The notes under the pieces: model-generated
The model's database searches: none
Told to the model about the DNA's origin: nothing
Seen by the model: only the letters and a program-made list of their open reading frames with translations
Origin: Octopus sinensis
Lineage: Eukaryota
Direction of reading: 5' to 3'
Length of the DNA: 64,000 bases
Assembly (NCBI RefSeq): GCF_006345805.1
Contig: NC_042998.1
Coordinates: 21,080,001 to 21,144,000 of the forward strand
Made by a program: the position numbers and the translations under genes
In this document: positions 1 to 11,897 of the stretch, in pieces
Layout of the letters: each line of letters begins with the position of its first letter
Position numbering within the stretch: position 1 is the first letter of the stretch

Positions 1-659
1 AATTGCAGCCCCTTACTGTCTTAGAAAGTTTTAATTAAATAATATTCTCTGACGTATTCTGTGCCTGCAAAAAAACAAAACAAATATATAAATAAAAGAT
101 TATAATAATTCTTTCTACTTTAGACACAAAGCCGAAATTTGGGAGACAGGGGACTAAGAGATAATAATAATAAAAAAAGAGGCAAACTTTGGGTTTAGTT
201 CGTTTTTGTATTTCCTTAGTCACAACAAAATTTGGTTTTAGAATGAAACCAAAACAATCCCAATTAAGAGAAATGAGTATGTAAATACTTTACAGTTGTT
301 CCGGTTCTTTAAAATGAAAAATTCTTTTTTTAAGTGGTAAGAGTGTGGAATTTATGAAGTTCTGATATGGAATTAAATAAGGTACTTGTACCATTAAACA
401 ATAGCGACTGTTTAAAGTCATCATAGTCGTTCATATCCTTGTAAAATCCTTCTGCAAGTGTGTTGATTCTACTTTCAGAAGCACACACCAGCTGACTTTG
501 GCATACATTCAAACGTACATAGCATAGCGATCGACTGAAGCTTGTTAGTCCTCCTATATTTCAGACGTATGTAATGACCACTTAGGCAGCATTCCATATT
601 ACATGAGGAAGCTGAAGCGAAAGAATGAAGTTAAGATTACAGACGAATAACAGTGGCGT

Positions 660-1640
660 AAACGAACAGGCTGGCTGCTAACGCTTCTGGAAAAAAAAAA
701 AAAATATCCATGCGTAGCCGTATTTCGTTTATCGCTACGTTCTGAGTTCAAATTCCACCGAGGTCGACTTTGCCTTTCATCCTTTCGGGGTCGATTAAAT
801 AAGTACCAGTTACGCACTGGGGTCAATATAATCAACTTAATCCGTTTGTCTGTCCTTGTTTGTCCTCTCTGTGTTTAGCCTCTTGTGGGTAGTAAAGAAA
901 TAGGTATTTCGTCTGCCGTTACGTTCTGAGTTCAAATTCCGCCGAGGTCAACTTTGCCTTTCATCCTTTCGTGTTCGATTAAATAAGTACCAGTTACGCA
1001 TTGGGGTCGATATAATCAACTTAATCCGTTTGTCTGTCCTTGTTTGTCCTCTCTGTGTTTAGCCCCTTGTGGGTAGTAAAGAAATAGGTATTTCGTCTGC
1101 CGTTACGTTCTGAGTTCAAATTCCGCCGAGGTCAACTTTGCCTTTCATCCTTTCGTGTTCGATTAAATAAGTACCAGTTACGCATTGGGGTCGATATAAT
1201 CAACTTAATCCGTTTGTCTGTCCTGTTTGTCCTCTCTGTGTTTAGCCTCTTGTGGGTAGTAAAGAAATAGGTATTCGTCTGCCGTTACGTTCTGAGTTCA
1301 AATTCCGCCGAGGTCACTTTGCCTTTCATCCTTTCGTGTTCGATTAAATAAGTACCAGTTACGCATTGGGGTCGATATAATCAACTTAATCCGTTTGTCT
1401 GTCCTTGTTTGTCCTCTCTGTGTTTAGCCTCTTGTGGGTAGTAAAGAAATAGGTATTTCGTCTGCCGTTACGTTCTGAGTTCAAATTCCGCCGAGGTCAA
1501 CTTTGCCTTTCATCCTTTCGTGTTCGATTAAATAAGTACCAGTTACGCATTGGGGTCGATATAATCAACTTAATCCGTTTGTCTGTCCTTGTTTGTCCTC
1601 TCTGTGTTTAGCCCCTTGTGGGTAGTAAAGAAATAGGTAT
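660..1640 (+). repeat. Head-to-tail array of five ~183-bp units of SINE family C
   Basis: Unit GGTATTTCGTCTGCCGTTACGTTCTGAGTTCAAATTCC...GTAGTAAAGAAATA recurs at ~720, 904, 1088, 1271, 1452; B-box-like GAGTTCAAATTCC in each. Confidence 0.9.
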
Positions 1641-1829
1641 TCGCTTCGATGTTAATTGCAGAATTGAAACAACTAGAAAAGAAAGAAAATTTAGCCTTGG
1701 AAGTAACTCTGTAATTTGACTGAACCAATAATTTGTCGGATATTTTGAAGAACAGCAGCGTCTATTTAATATGAGATATAAATTGAAAATGAATTAAATA
1801 AAGAATCATTACGACTGAATACATAATAC

Positions 1830-2147
1830 ACAATATACACTGGACTTATTATCTGGTACTACTTAAGAACAGTGGTCCCGGTGCGCGCACTCGCGTACTC
1901 GCGCATCCGCGCTAGCTAGTCGTGACTAGTCGATCCTTACTTTGTGTTTTTGTGTTTTATTTACTTTATTTAAAAAAATTATTTACTTTGTTTTAAAAAA
2001 AATTATTTATTTTGTGTTTTCTTTACTTTGCTAGGTAGTCGTTGTAAGATCGACTAGGCACGACTAACTAGCGCGGATGCGCGAGTGCGCGCACCGGGAC
2101 CACTCTTCATAAGTAGAACCTATACCTACAATATACACTGGACTTAT
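1830..2147. mobile_element. Unclassified MITE-like element: ~75-bp inverted repeats inside 20-bp direct repeats
   Basis: IRs 1855-1935 and 2048-2120; direct repeat ACAATATACACTGGACTTAT at 1830-1849 and 2128-2147. Confidence 0.8.
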
Positions 2148-2529
2148 AAATTTAATAAACAGTTATCTGGGTTATACTGATAATCTGAGCTTAAACGCTT
2201 TAGATTTATGCAAAGACTAAAAAGTTGTTTGCTGGATATCAAACAGCTCATCATCATCATCATTGTTCGACCGTGGTCGAGACAATGGAATTTACCATGC
2301 TACGCTAGAATTTGAACTAAATACAAAATATCTAAATGAACAAGCGAAGTGTATCGGTAAACACAAGCTAACAACAGCTGAATAGTCATATTGAATGCAC
2401 AATACCACATGCATGCAGGCAACACAAAATGAAAGCAAAATCGGCAACAGGATATAGCTGCATAATTGGACAGTAGTGTTAGTGGTAGACATCCTACACT
2501 ACTGGTGTTTTAGTGACAACTGCTAAGTA

Positions 2530-2991
2530 GAGCATACACAGAAATAGTATGCGGTTTGAACGGCAGTTTTTAACATAATTTCTAGGTAACTAAAACATTT
2601 TAAACTTTGTATACTGGTAGAATGTGTTTATAAAACATCTTTTTCTCTTGGCTTTATTGAGAAAGTTCTATAGTTTGTAAGATATTTGTTGTTTTTTATC
2701 TTCAATTTCTGCAATTTCAACCAATCACTGACGTCTATTGAGGTAAAAAAAAACATTCCGTGCCGTATGAATATGTCCCTCGTTTAAGAAACAGATTGGG
2801 TTTATTTACATTAGTGAAGAAAAAAAAGATACCCTTCCCCCACCCCTAACCCTAACCCTAACCCTAAAAGAGATTGAAATGCAATAGATCGATTCTAGGG
2901 TCATAATTATGGGTGACAATTTCATATGACACCGCAAGAAAAAACTGCCGTTCAAAAGGAAAAGATCCGAGCATACACAGAAATAGTATGC
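2530..2991. mobile_element. Unclassified element: 23-bp direct repeats, 17-bp subterminal IRs, internal (CCCTAA)4
   Basis: GAGCATACACAGAAATAGTATGC at 2530-2552 and 2969-2991; TTTGAACGGCAGTTTTT and AAAAACTGCCGTTCAAA inside them. Confidence 0.75.
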
Positions 2992-3182
2992 TACAAAACA
3001 AAGACATTCAAATGATAGTTCATCAAGATCTTTGTTATTCTCAAGGAGTGGTTCAGGGAAATATGCTGCAGGTGGTTCAAAATTAATTTCAAGGACAGGC
3101 CATTTAAAAACTAATATAAAAATGAGTCTTCTAAATTAGAACTGAATGTAGTAAATGAAATTGTAGCAAACTTTCTTCTTTA

Positions 3183-3560
3183 GCACTCCGTCGGTTACGA
3201 CGATGAGGGTTCCGCTTGATCCGAATCAACGGAACAGCCTGCTCGTGAAATTAACGCGTAAGTGGCTGAGCACTCCACAGACACTTGCACCCTTAACGTA
3301 GTTCTCGGGGATATTCAGCGTGACACAGAGAGTGACAAGGCCGGCCCCTTGCAATACAGGTACAACAGAAACAGGAAGTAAGAGTGAGAGAAAGTTGTGG
3401 TGAAAGAGTACAGCAGGGATCACCACCACCCCCTGCCGGAGCCTCGTGGAGCTTTTAGGTATTTTTACCCAATAAACACTCACAACGCCCGGTCTGGGAA
3501 TCGAAGCCATGATCCTATGACCGCGAGTCTGCTGCCCTAACCACTGGGCCTTTGCGCCTC
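3183..3560 (-). mobile_element. tRNA-derived SINE family B, full length
   Basis: A/B-box head GGCGCAAAGGCCCAGTGGTTAGGGCAG...TTCGATTCC; near-identical to 8381-8740. Confidence 0.85.
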
Positions 3561-3599
3561 ATTGTAGCAAACTATGCTCCCAGGCATTACAACCAATCC

Positions 3600-3720
3600 T
3601 AACAGGACCTCTCCACTCGTTCCGATCTAGAGCATCATTTTCCCAATCACTTTTGTTCATATCTAGTTTCTTCAGGTTTTCCTTCATATAGTCTTTATAA
3701 CTTTTCCTCGGCTTATGGTC
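3600..3720 (-). mobile_element. RTE-clade LINE C-terminal fragment
   Basis: Translates to RDHKPRKSYKDYMKENLKKLDMNKSDWENDALDRNEWR, typical of the RTE ORF end. Confidence 0.65.
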
Positions 3721-3983
3721 CCTTACAAAGAATAAGTCCTGGAGTCGATTTGCTTGACTAAAGGCGGTGCTCCAGCATGGCCACAGTCAAATGACTGAAA
3801 CAAGTAAGAGAGTATTTATAGCTTTTTATTTTATTTCATTTTACTTATAGTTTTAATTATGAATTTATTTGTTTATCTATGTATTTTCTTATTTTCATAA
3901 ATAAAAAAAAATATTTTAAAATTGTAAATTATATATTTGGGCAGGTTGCATCTGCTACAAATGTGCTCTGAGCTAGGGCTGAT

Positions 3984-4378
3984 TACTCTCTCTTTTACTT
4001 GTTTCAGTCATTTGACTGCGGCCATGCTGGAGAATCGCCTTTAGTCGAGCAAATCGATCCCGGAACTTATTCTTTGTAAGCCCAGTACTTATTCTATCGG
4101 TCTCTTTTGCCGAACTGCTAACAAGTGACGGGGACGTAAACACACCAGCATCGGTTGTCAAGCAATACTAGGGGGACAAACACAGACACACAAACACACA
4201 CATACATATATATACGACAGGCTTCTTTCAGTTTCCGTCTACCAAATCCACTCACAAGGCATTGGTCGGCCCGGGGCTATAGTAGAAAACACTTGTCCAA
4301 GATGCCACGCAGTGGGACTGAACCCGGAACCATGTGGTTGGTTAGCAAGCTACTTACCACACAGCCACTCCTGCGCCT
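3984..4378 (-). mobile_element. tRNA-derived SINE family A, full length
   Basis: Head GGCGCAGGAGTGGCTGTGTGGTAAG...GGTTCAGTCCC, internal (TA)n(TG)n, tail CAGCATGGCCGCAGTCAAATGACTGAAACAAGTAAAAGAG; many copies in the window. Confidence 0.88.
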
Positions 4379-4439
4379 ATTGTTGGGAATACTTTTCATC
4401 ATAGACTGAAACATAAAGTTATCTGGATTCACCCAGGAT

Positions 4440-5160
4440 GAAAGCAAGCACAAAATGGTTAGGGCTAAGTTCAAGTTCAGGGTCTATTTGAAGATTCTTA
4501 CTGCAGGTGTACGAGTACCAAAGAAAATTGACGTAGAGCAGCTAAAACAACCACATCTTTTACAGTTGTTTCAGAAGAGATGCAGCAATGTTCATGTTGA
4601 AGGTTCATGACAATCTTTTCGTGATGGAGTATATAAAATGGGATCAGAGGTGTTAGGTTTTAAGAGGAAATAATACTGAGACTGGTTTGATTCCAATGAT
4701 ACAGTGTTAAATGAGCTTTTAGCAACAAAGAGGTCCTCTCATGAAAAACTTCTTGACCCAAATGTTAAGAACAAAGTGCAACCAGAAAAGTTGTACAAGT
4801 CTCAGCAAGCAGACTTGCAAAAAGAACTCAGGAGGCTCAAAGACACTTGGTGGAGAAATTTGTCTGAGGAAATATAGGCAGCCTATGGCAGGAAAGACAT
4901 TAAAAGTTTTTTATAGTTTATTGCAGCAAGCTTTTGGACTGCAATCTTCATCATCCCTTGAAGTCGAAAGATGGAAGTGAGGTTATTAAAGATCCTCCTG
5001 GAATAATGAATAGATGGAGAGAACACTTTGCAGATCTTTTCCACAATCCATCTGTAGTGAACATGGATATCATAAACAACATTCTGCAAAGAGAGTTAGT
5101 GCAACAAATGGATGATACACCTTCTATTGAAGAAGTAAATCTGGCATTATGTAAACTGAG
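4440..5160 (+). mobile_element. RTE (BovB-like) LINE fragment, endonuclease-RT linker
   Basis: PLKSKDGSEVIKDPPGIMNRWREHFADLFHNPS...TPSIEEVNLALCKL, with stops and frameshifts upstream. Confidence 0.8.
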
Positions 5161-5289
5161 GTCCCTTTTGCTGAACTGCTAAGTTATGGGGACGTAAACA
5201 CACCAGCATCGGTTATCAAGCAATGTTGGGGTGGGGGTGGGGGACAAACACAGACACACAAACATATAACACACACACACCACACACAC

Positions 5290-5324
<35 letters not shown>

Positions 5325-5514
5325 TATATATATATATATATATACGACGGGCATCTTTCAGTTTCCGTCTATCAAATTCACTCACAAGGCTTTGGTCAGC
5401 CCGAAGCTATAATAGAAGACACTTGCTCAAGGTGCCACACAGTGGGACTGAACCCGGAAACTGATACCACCCTATTTAGAGGTGACAATGAATATACTAA
5501 ATCTGACATCAGAC

Positions 5515-6005
5515 ATCATCATCATCATCATTATCATCATCATTTAACATCCACTTTCCATGCTAGCATGGGTTGGACGATTTGATTGAGGTCTGGCGAA
5601 CCAGATGGCTGCACCAGGCTCCAATCTGATCTGGCAGAGTTTCTACAGCTGGATGCCCTTCCTAACGCCAACCACTCCGTGAGTGTAGTGGGTGCTTTCT
5701 ACGTGTCACAGGCACGAGGGCCAGTCAGGCGGTACTGGCAACGGCTATGCTCAAATGGTGCTTTTTATGCCCACCTGCACAGGAGCCAGTCCAGCGGCAC
5801 TGGCAACGACCTCGCTCAAATGTTTTTTCATGTGCCACCACCAGCACAAGTGGTAGTAAGGCGACAGGAGCCAGTCCAGTGGCACTGGCAACTATCACAC
5901 TCAAATGGTGTTTTTCACGTGCCACCGGCACGGAGGCCGGTTTGTTGCTCTGGCCCCGATCTCACTCGTATGGTACCCTTAGCACTCCGCTAGCACGGAT
6001 GCCAG
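5515..6005 (-). mobile_element. Family D non-coding retroposon with (ATG)n tail and ~60-bp internal subrepeats
   Basis: Shares GGCGTTAGGAAGGGCATCCAGC...CCATGCTAGCATGG...(GAT)n with 14800-15160 and 17175-17460. Confidence 0.7.
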
Positions 6006-6674
6006 TCATCGAATTTGATTTCGATATCGAGTTCTAGATAAATCTTCTCATGGGGCATGATGTGGCAGTCAGAACAATCTGGGCATAATGAAAACAAAAA
6101 AATCCCAGCAGACAAAGTTGACTATATTGAGGCCAATGTCAAAATTTAAAATGTAAAACAACCATTTAGTTTAAATTCAATTGGCCAGATATTGTGTGAG
6201 GCCACAAAAAAAAATAAAAGTTCTTTTGTGAAAATCAGCCGCCTTCTGGACACAGTGGAATCCAGAAGAATATAAGAGAAAGAGATCATCCATGGATCAC
6301 TCAGAAGGAGTTTGCAAATCCAGTAACCAAAATATACTTTTAGTTTTATATCTATTATTATTGGAACAATAGGATATGTAGCAACCCATATAAAGCAAAG
6401 TGTGGCTGAACATGGGTTCTCGGGGAGGGAATGGAACTCATCAATTCATATTCTACAAAGGACCATGATATCTGAGATAATAAAACTCTGGAAGGTTTTA
6501 AAATTTAAATGATGCTGAACAAAACAAGATGCTTTCCTTCACAATCTTGCTTCTGAGCAAAATTAAATCTAAATTAGAGAGAGAGAGAGGAGGAGAGAGA
6601 GAGGGAGGGATGGAAAGAGAAGGAGAGAAAGAGAAACATATGTATGTACATATATATATATATATACATATATG

Positions 6675-7270
6675 TATGTACATATATATATACACACTTG
6701 CTGAAGGCTTCCTTAAGAGATGCTCGCATCTCTCCTGACACATGGGAAGGCATAGCTATTGATCGTAGCAGGTGGAGAAGGATTGTGCATGAGGGGACAG
6801 CCACATTTGAGAAATCTCGAGTTGCACATGAGAAAGTAAGGAGGGATGTCAGGAAGGGCATCGCTGTTACACTTCCAGAAGGGAAGGGTCTTCCTTTGAT
6901 TCTGACATGCAATGTCTGTGCAAGACCCTGCCTCAGTAAAGCTGGACTCATGAGTCCTCTTCGTAGTCATAAAGCGAGAGAGATGAGTGACAACCTGGCC
7001 ACTGGTGGTGGTGTAACACACCATACTAATCATATCTGTCGGGCATGTGAAAGAGAGTGTAATTCGGCAGGAGGACTTAAACGACATGCAAAGGTACATG
7101 AAGCCCAGTTACAACTACAGCCGGCTATTACCAGTAAAGGTTTTAGTTTGCTAATTTTGTACAAGACATTGTAGATCTTTAGCTGGGCTAAAAAGTCACA
7201 TTCGATCACAGCACCAGTAACAGTTAAGCTTCGTGCAATGGCCAAACTCGATAACGAGGGTGCAGCCATA
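6675..7270 (+). mobile_element. RTE LINE 3' end with C2H2 zinc fingers
   Basis: LLKASLRDARISPDTWEGIAIDRSRWRRIVHEG; CNVC...H, CRAC...HAKVH and a third frameshifted finger GLKSHIRSQH. Confidence 0.8.
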
Positions 7271-7559
7271 ATATATACACACATACATATCCACATACAT
7301 GAAAATAATAATAAACCTTTCTACCAGTATAGTTGCAAGAATAAAAATAAGATTTCAGAGAGCCATTACCTCTGTTGACAACAAAAAGTATCTCTCAGAG
7401 TGAAGGGTATATTGTATGATGCGAGTGTATGAACAGTAATCGTGAACGATTGAAAAAGAGAAAGTTTTTGCAAAGAAAATCTGTGAACAAAAATTAATTA
7501 TTATTATCCTACTCATAATTATACATCCAAAAAGAAGCTTGTATCCCTGAGTTTTTGTA

Positions 7560-8310
7560 AAAAAACATGTAACAAATGTGGTGGTAGAAAGTGGGACAAG
7601 GAAACAGTCAGTATGTGTTGTTCTAATAGCAAGGTCATTTACTTATAAATGAGTCACCAGAACTTACAAAGAATCTTCTTTTGGATACCACTTCAGAATG
7701 AAAACATTTCTTAAAAGCACTTGAGCATACAACTGCGCTTTTCAAATGACACCAGTTAGGGGTAAAAATTATTAGAAATGAACTTTTACAAATTTTTAAT
7801 GTGCAAGGATAAATTTTCCACAGAATTGGCTCTCTGTTAAGCCTTTACAGAATAAAGAGTCATTATTTTTGTTGACATATTTTATAGGAAACGTTCAAAA
7901 AGAAGCACAATGTCGCAAAACGAACTGTTCCAAGTACAAGATTAGAATTTATTTTAAAGCTACAAGAAATGTTTCAGGAAATAATCCTGAATGGATTATT
8001 ATGCTCATCGATTGATACTTCAAGGTAATTCCTTTAACCATCTTCGTTGGTGCTTAACTCTTTTTCATCAGTATGCTGTTGGTATGTATACCAAAATCGG
8101 AGAGGTTGTGCGGCATAAATCCGTGCAAAAAAGAACGATGTTTAGAATCGTGTGCGTATTTATGATATGACCTTATCAATGATATCATTGAGACAGAACT
8201 TGACCAGCTTTGGATTTCCTCATTCCGTTTTACAGGAATTCCAAGACATATGCATGAGGGGACACAAAATTCCATGACTTAAGTACGTATTCCGAACTGC
8301 AAAATATATT
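7560..8310 (+). mobile_element. Decayed Helitron RepHel coding fragment
   Basis: CNKCGGRKWDKETVSMCC, AYNCAFQMT, VQG*IFHRIGSL, LFHQYAVGMY and FTGIPRHMHE match RepHel N-terminal motifs; many disruptions. Confidence 0.72.
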
Positions 8311-8380
8311 ACGAAATATGAAATATATCATTTCCTGATTGAAGTTCTCAATGTATTTAAAAACATACTCTATTTGGGAA

Positions 8381-8740
8381 GCACTCCGTCGGTTTCGACG
8401 ACGAGGGTTCCGGTTGATCCGAATCAACGGAACAGCCTGCTCGTGAAATTAACGTGTAAGTGGCTGAGCACTCCACAGACACGTGTACCCTTAACGTAGT
8501 TCTCGGGGAGATTCAGCGTGACACAGAGAGTGACAAGGCCGGCCCTTTGAAATACAGGTACAACAGAAACAGGAAGTAAGAGTGAGAGAAAGTTGTGGTG
8601 AAAGAGTACAGCAGGGATCACCACCACCCCCTGCCGGAGCCTCGTGGAGCTTTTAGGTGTTTTCGCTCAATAAACACTCGAAACCGCGATCCTATGACCG
8701 TGAGTCCGCTGCCCTAACCACTGGGCCATTGCGCCTCCAC
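8381..8740 (-). mobile_element. SINE family B, 8 bp after the stop codon of dispanin gene A
   Basis: Same sequence as 3183-3560; sense orientation relative to gene A. Confidence 0.85.
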
Positions 8741-8748
8741 TACTCTAT

Positions 8749-8949
8749 TTAATTGATAACATAATCCTCATAATCATAAGACCTGGCAACATGTCTGGGC
8801 GTAGCTGCAACAATTGCAGCGATTATCGCTGCAGCGCAAACGATACACGTAATGATACCAATGGTGATGGAAATTTTGATAAATAGTGTTGCGTTCTTAT
8901 TAGCCAACGCTGCTCCCGTTGCATTACCGCATCGAAACATCGAATTTGC
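8749..8949 (-). CDS. Coding exon 3 of dispanin gene A (ANSMFRCGNATGAALANKNATLFIKISITIGIITCIVCAAAIIAAIVAATPRHVARSYDYEDYVIN*)
   Basis: ttttctcttccag| acceptor at 8950, in frame with ORF 8749..8940. CD225 loop G-N-x-x-G-A-x-x-A followed by a TM helix; stop TAA. Confidence 0.9.
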   Translation of the reverse strand, partial: ANSMFRCGNATGAALANKNATLFIKISITIGIITCIVCAAAIIAAIVAATPRHVARSYDYEDYVIN

Positions 8950-9023
8950 CTGGAAGAGAAAAAATAATGAGTTATTTCACTTTAAAACAAATTAATAAAA
9001 AAAACTCAAACAGAGCATATACA

Positions 9024-9102
<79 letters not shown>

Positions 9103-9103
<1 letters not shown>

Positions 9104-10113
9104 AGATTAATCAGCCGAAATTACTACGATGATCCGGTTCTTGACTGAAGACTGAGGCTTCGAATGTCCTGTCTGTGTTTGTTGTATCGTCTTCTAAGTG
9201 TTATGCGTTCTTGTCCCAGTCTGTATTTTTCTACATATAATATATATTCCTGGCGCCACGTACCCTTCTTAACACTTATGTGAGCACATATTCTTGTAAA
9301 TTTGGTACGACTCTACACCCTGTCTGTCTCTCTCTCTTACATTTACTTCGCATTCTACGTTGATCTGTCCCCTTCTCTCTCTCTTCTCTCTACTCATCCT
9401 CCTTTTCTCTTCTCTTGCCTCTGATTCTTTGGTCTACTCTTCCCCTACCCTTCCATTTCTTTGTCTTGCTTTGCACTCACAGGTCAATCTTTGACACCCA
9501 TCCCTTCTCCCCTCTCTAATTCCTTCTTTCTCTCTCTTCTCCCCCCTTGTTGCTTTCGTCCCTCTTCTCTCTCTCTCTTCCTTCCTTTGCCTCCCTTTCT
9601 TTACTTTTCTTTTCTCTCTTCTCCGTCACGTGACCGCTGGCCAAAATCCGCCTTTTGGCCTCCGACCAGCGCCGTGACAACATCGTTGTCCTTGTTCGCC
9701 GTTAAGGCATTTTTTCCAAAATACGCCAGCCAAACTTGTTTGCACTGTTATTAGTCGTAAGACACCTGCTGTTTTTACCATTATTGCTTTTGTATTTCAT
9801 GTTTTTGTATTTCATTATTGTTTTTTTGTTTTTTATATTCGTGTGGCACCGTCCGTTTGCTGTCCCTGTGTCGTATGCATTCGATCCTTCTTCCAGGAAA
9901 TCTACGCTCCTAGCTTAGTTTTTCTAATGCTCGTTGCTTAGTTTTTCCTGGAGGGCTGGCCGGATCTAGTAATCTCAAGATTAATCAGCCGAAATTACTA
10001 CGATGATCCGGTTCTTGACTGAAGACTGAGGGCTTCGAATGTCCTGTCTGTGTTTGTTGTATCGTCTTCTAAGTGTTATGCGTTCTTGTCCCAGTCTGTA
10101 TTTTTCTACATAT
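9103..10113 (+). mobile_element. ~1-kb non-coding element with ~136-bp terminal direct repeats, inserted in (TA)n (Penelope-like/retrozyme-like)
   Basis: Near-identical repeats at 9103-9238 and 9977-10113; degenerate CTGGAGG-GCTG...CAGCC-GAAA motif at ~9948-9994. Confidence 0.65.
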
Positions 10114-10133
10114 CATAATATATATATATATAT

Positions 10134-10400
10134 AGTTAATCCAAACAAGAAAACACAAAAAAGCAAAAAAAAAAAAAAACACAACAACGCGAGGACGTGG
10201 AACAAATAAAGTATTATTGGACGCTCAGGAGAGAAGGGAAGAAGGAGGGTTTAACGTTTCGAGCGGAGCTCTTCGTCGGAAACATAGGAGAAGGAAAGAT
10301 CCCGAGAAGGAAAGACAGAGGCAAAAAATCGCCGGTGGTACTCACGAGGTCACATATTGAAAGACCGGAAGTAGAAAGGTGGAAGAATAATGTTTTTTAA
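10134..10400 (-). mobile_element. Penelope-like terminal-repeat fragment with hammerhead-like motif
   Basis: CCGACGAAGAGCTCCGCTCGAAACGTT on minus; homologs at 21655-21865 and 40250-40460, all abutting (TA)n. Confidence 0.6.
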
Positions 10401-10640
10401 AGACAGGAGAGTTTTCAAAGACAGTATGGTAAAGAAAGTGAGAGGGGGAATGTGTGTGGATGTGTGCGTGCGCGGAGGTCTGCGTGTGCGCGTGTGTGTG
10501 TATGTGTGCAATGATGACACGTGTGTGTGTGTGTGTGTGTGTGCGTGTGTGTATGTGTGTATGGCGAACAACTGGCTAGTAGCTGGCCAGTATGTAATAA
10601 TAATAATAATATATATATATATATATATAATACATATATA

Positions 10641-10705
<65 letters not shown>

Positions 10706-10774
10706 CATATGTGTGTGTGTGTGTGTGCATGTATTTCATGTAGTTTACGGTTTGTGACGTCCTGTACCCATATA

Positions 10775-10860
<86 letters not shown>

Positions 10861-11276
10861 TTGTGTGTATGTGCGTGTGTGTGTGTGTGTGTATGTATAT
10901 ATATATATGCAATTTAACAAATACTTATACACATATACACATTGACACAGACACACATGCAAACTTGAAATCTCGCCGTGATTTTGAAGCAGACATAGAA
11001 CTTGCTCATTAATTAATCCATCGCGTCCCTTTGATTTCAAGTTTGTAAAGAAAGAGGATGAAAAATGAAAATGATAGAATGCCTTGAAATTGGAAATTGC
11101 ACAAGCAGTAATCCGTTACCCATACAAATTCTACCAGTAATAGGAAGAAACCTGGGTCAAATGAGCAACAACAACAACAACAATAATAATAATAATAATG
11201 GTAATATTTTAAAAATGATTGACGTAATTCTTCACAAAGGTAAACAGTCAAAACGAGGAGCGCGATTTGATTGTAA

Positions 11277-11678
11277 TCTTTATATATAAAAGTGAGGTTG
11301 TGTGCTGTCTGTCTCCTACGATTTAGATTCCTAACTACTCCCACATTTTGTGGTGCAGTTTAACCAAAACCGGGTATCTTATAGTCGTGATTCATATCGA
11401 GCCCTTCTGGGTATTAGCGCGCGTCTACGATGAGTCTACGATTTTTGAAAAAAATTACCATCATTTTTTTCCATTTTAATGCATTTTTTTCGCTATTATA
11501 TAAGGGAAGTAACTCTCTAAAAATGTCTACTATGAGTCAACGATTTAGAAAATAATTTACAATCATTTTTTTTCCATTTTTAATGCATTTTTTTGCTATT
11601 TTTTGGCTATAACTCACTAAAAATGCTTATATAGTTATTTCCCTTACAAACCCGAGCAACGCCGGGCGATACTGCTAG
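11277..11678 (+). mobile_element. Non-autonomous Helitron
   Basis: A|TC...CTAG|T ends, 3' hairpin CCCG-agcaacgc-CGGG, no TSD; homologs at 36424 and 52584. Confidence 0.85.
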
Positions 11679-11897
11679 TAGATTATAATATTGGTTGAAC
11701 GATATTTCAACAGTACATCTGTCTTTGTCAAGTTTAAAATAAGAAGTGAAAATCCATTGGCCCAGGATTGGGTTCAACATTGGAGTCTAACGAAACTAAC
11801 AGGGTTGACAAGCCAACTGTAAGAAGGAATAAAACTGTTTACCTTTGTGAAAAGTAACGCCAGTCCCTTTTAAAATATCAAAATCAAGTAGATTGAG

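Noticed and set aside
660-1640. Regular repeat array as a possible CRISPR
   Set aside because: Units are ~183 bp with no unique spacers and no cas genes; they match a dispersed SINE in a eukaryotic context.
2843-2866. (CCCTAA)4 as a telomere or fusion scar
   Set aside because: Only four units, internal to a bounded repeat element.
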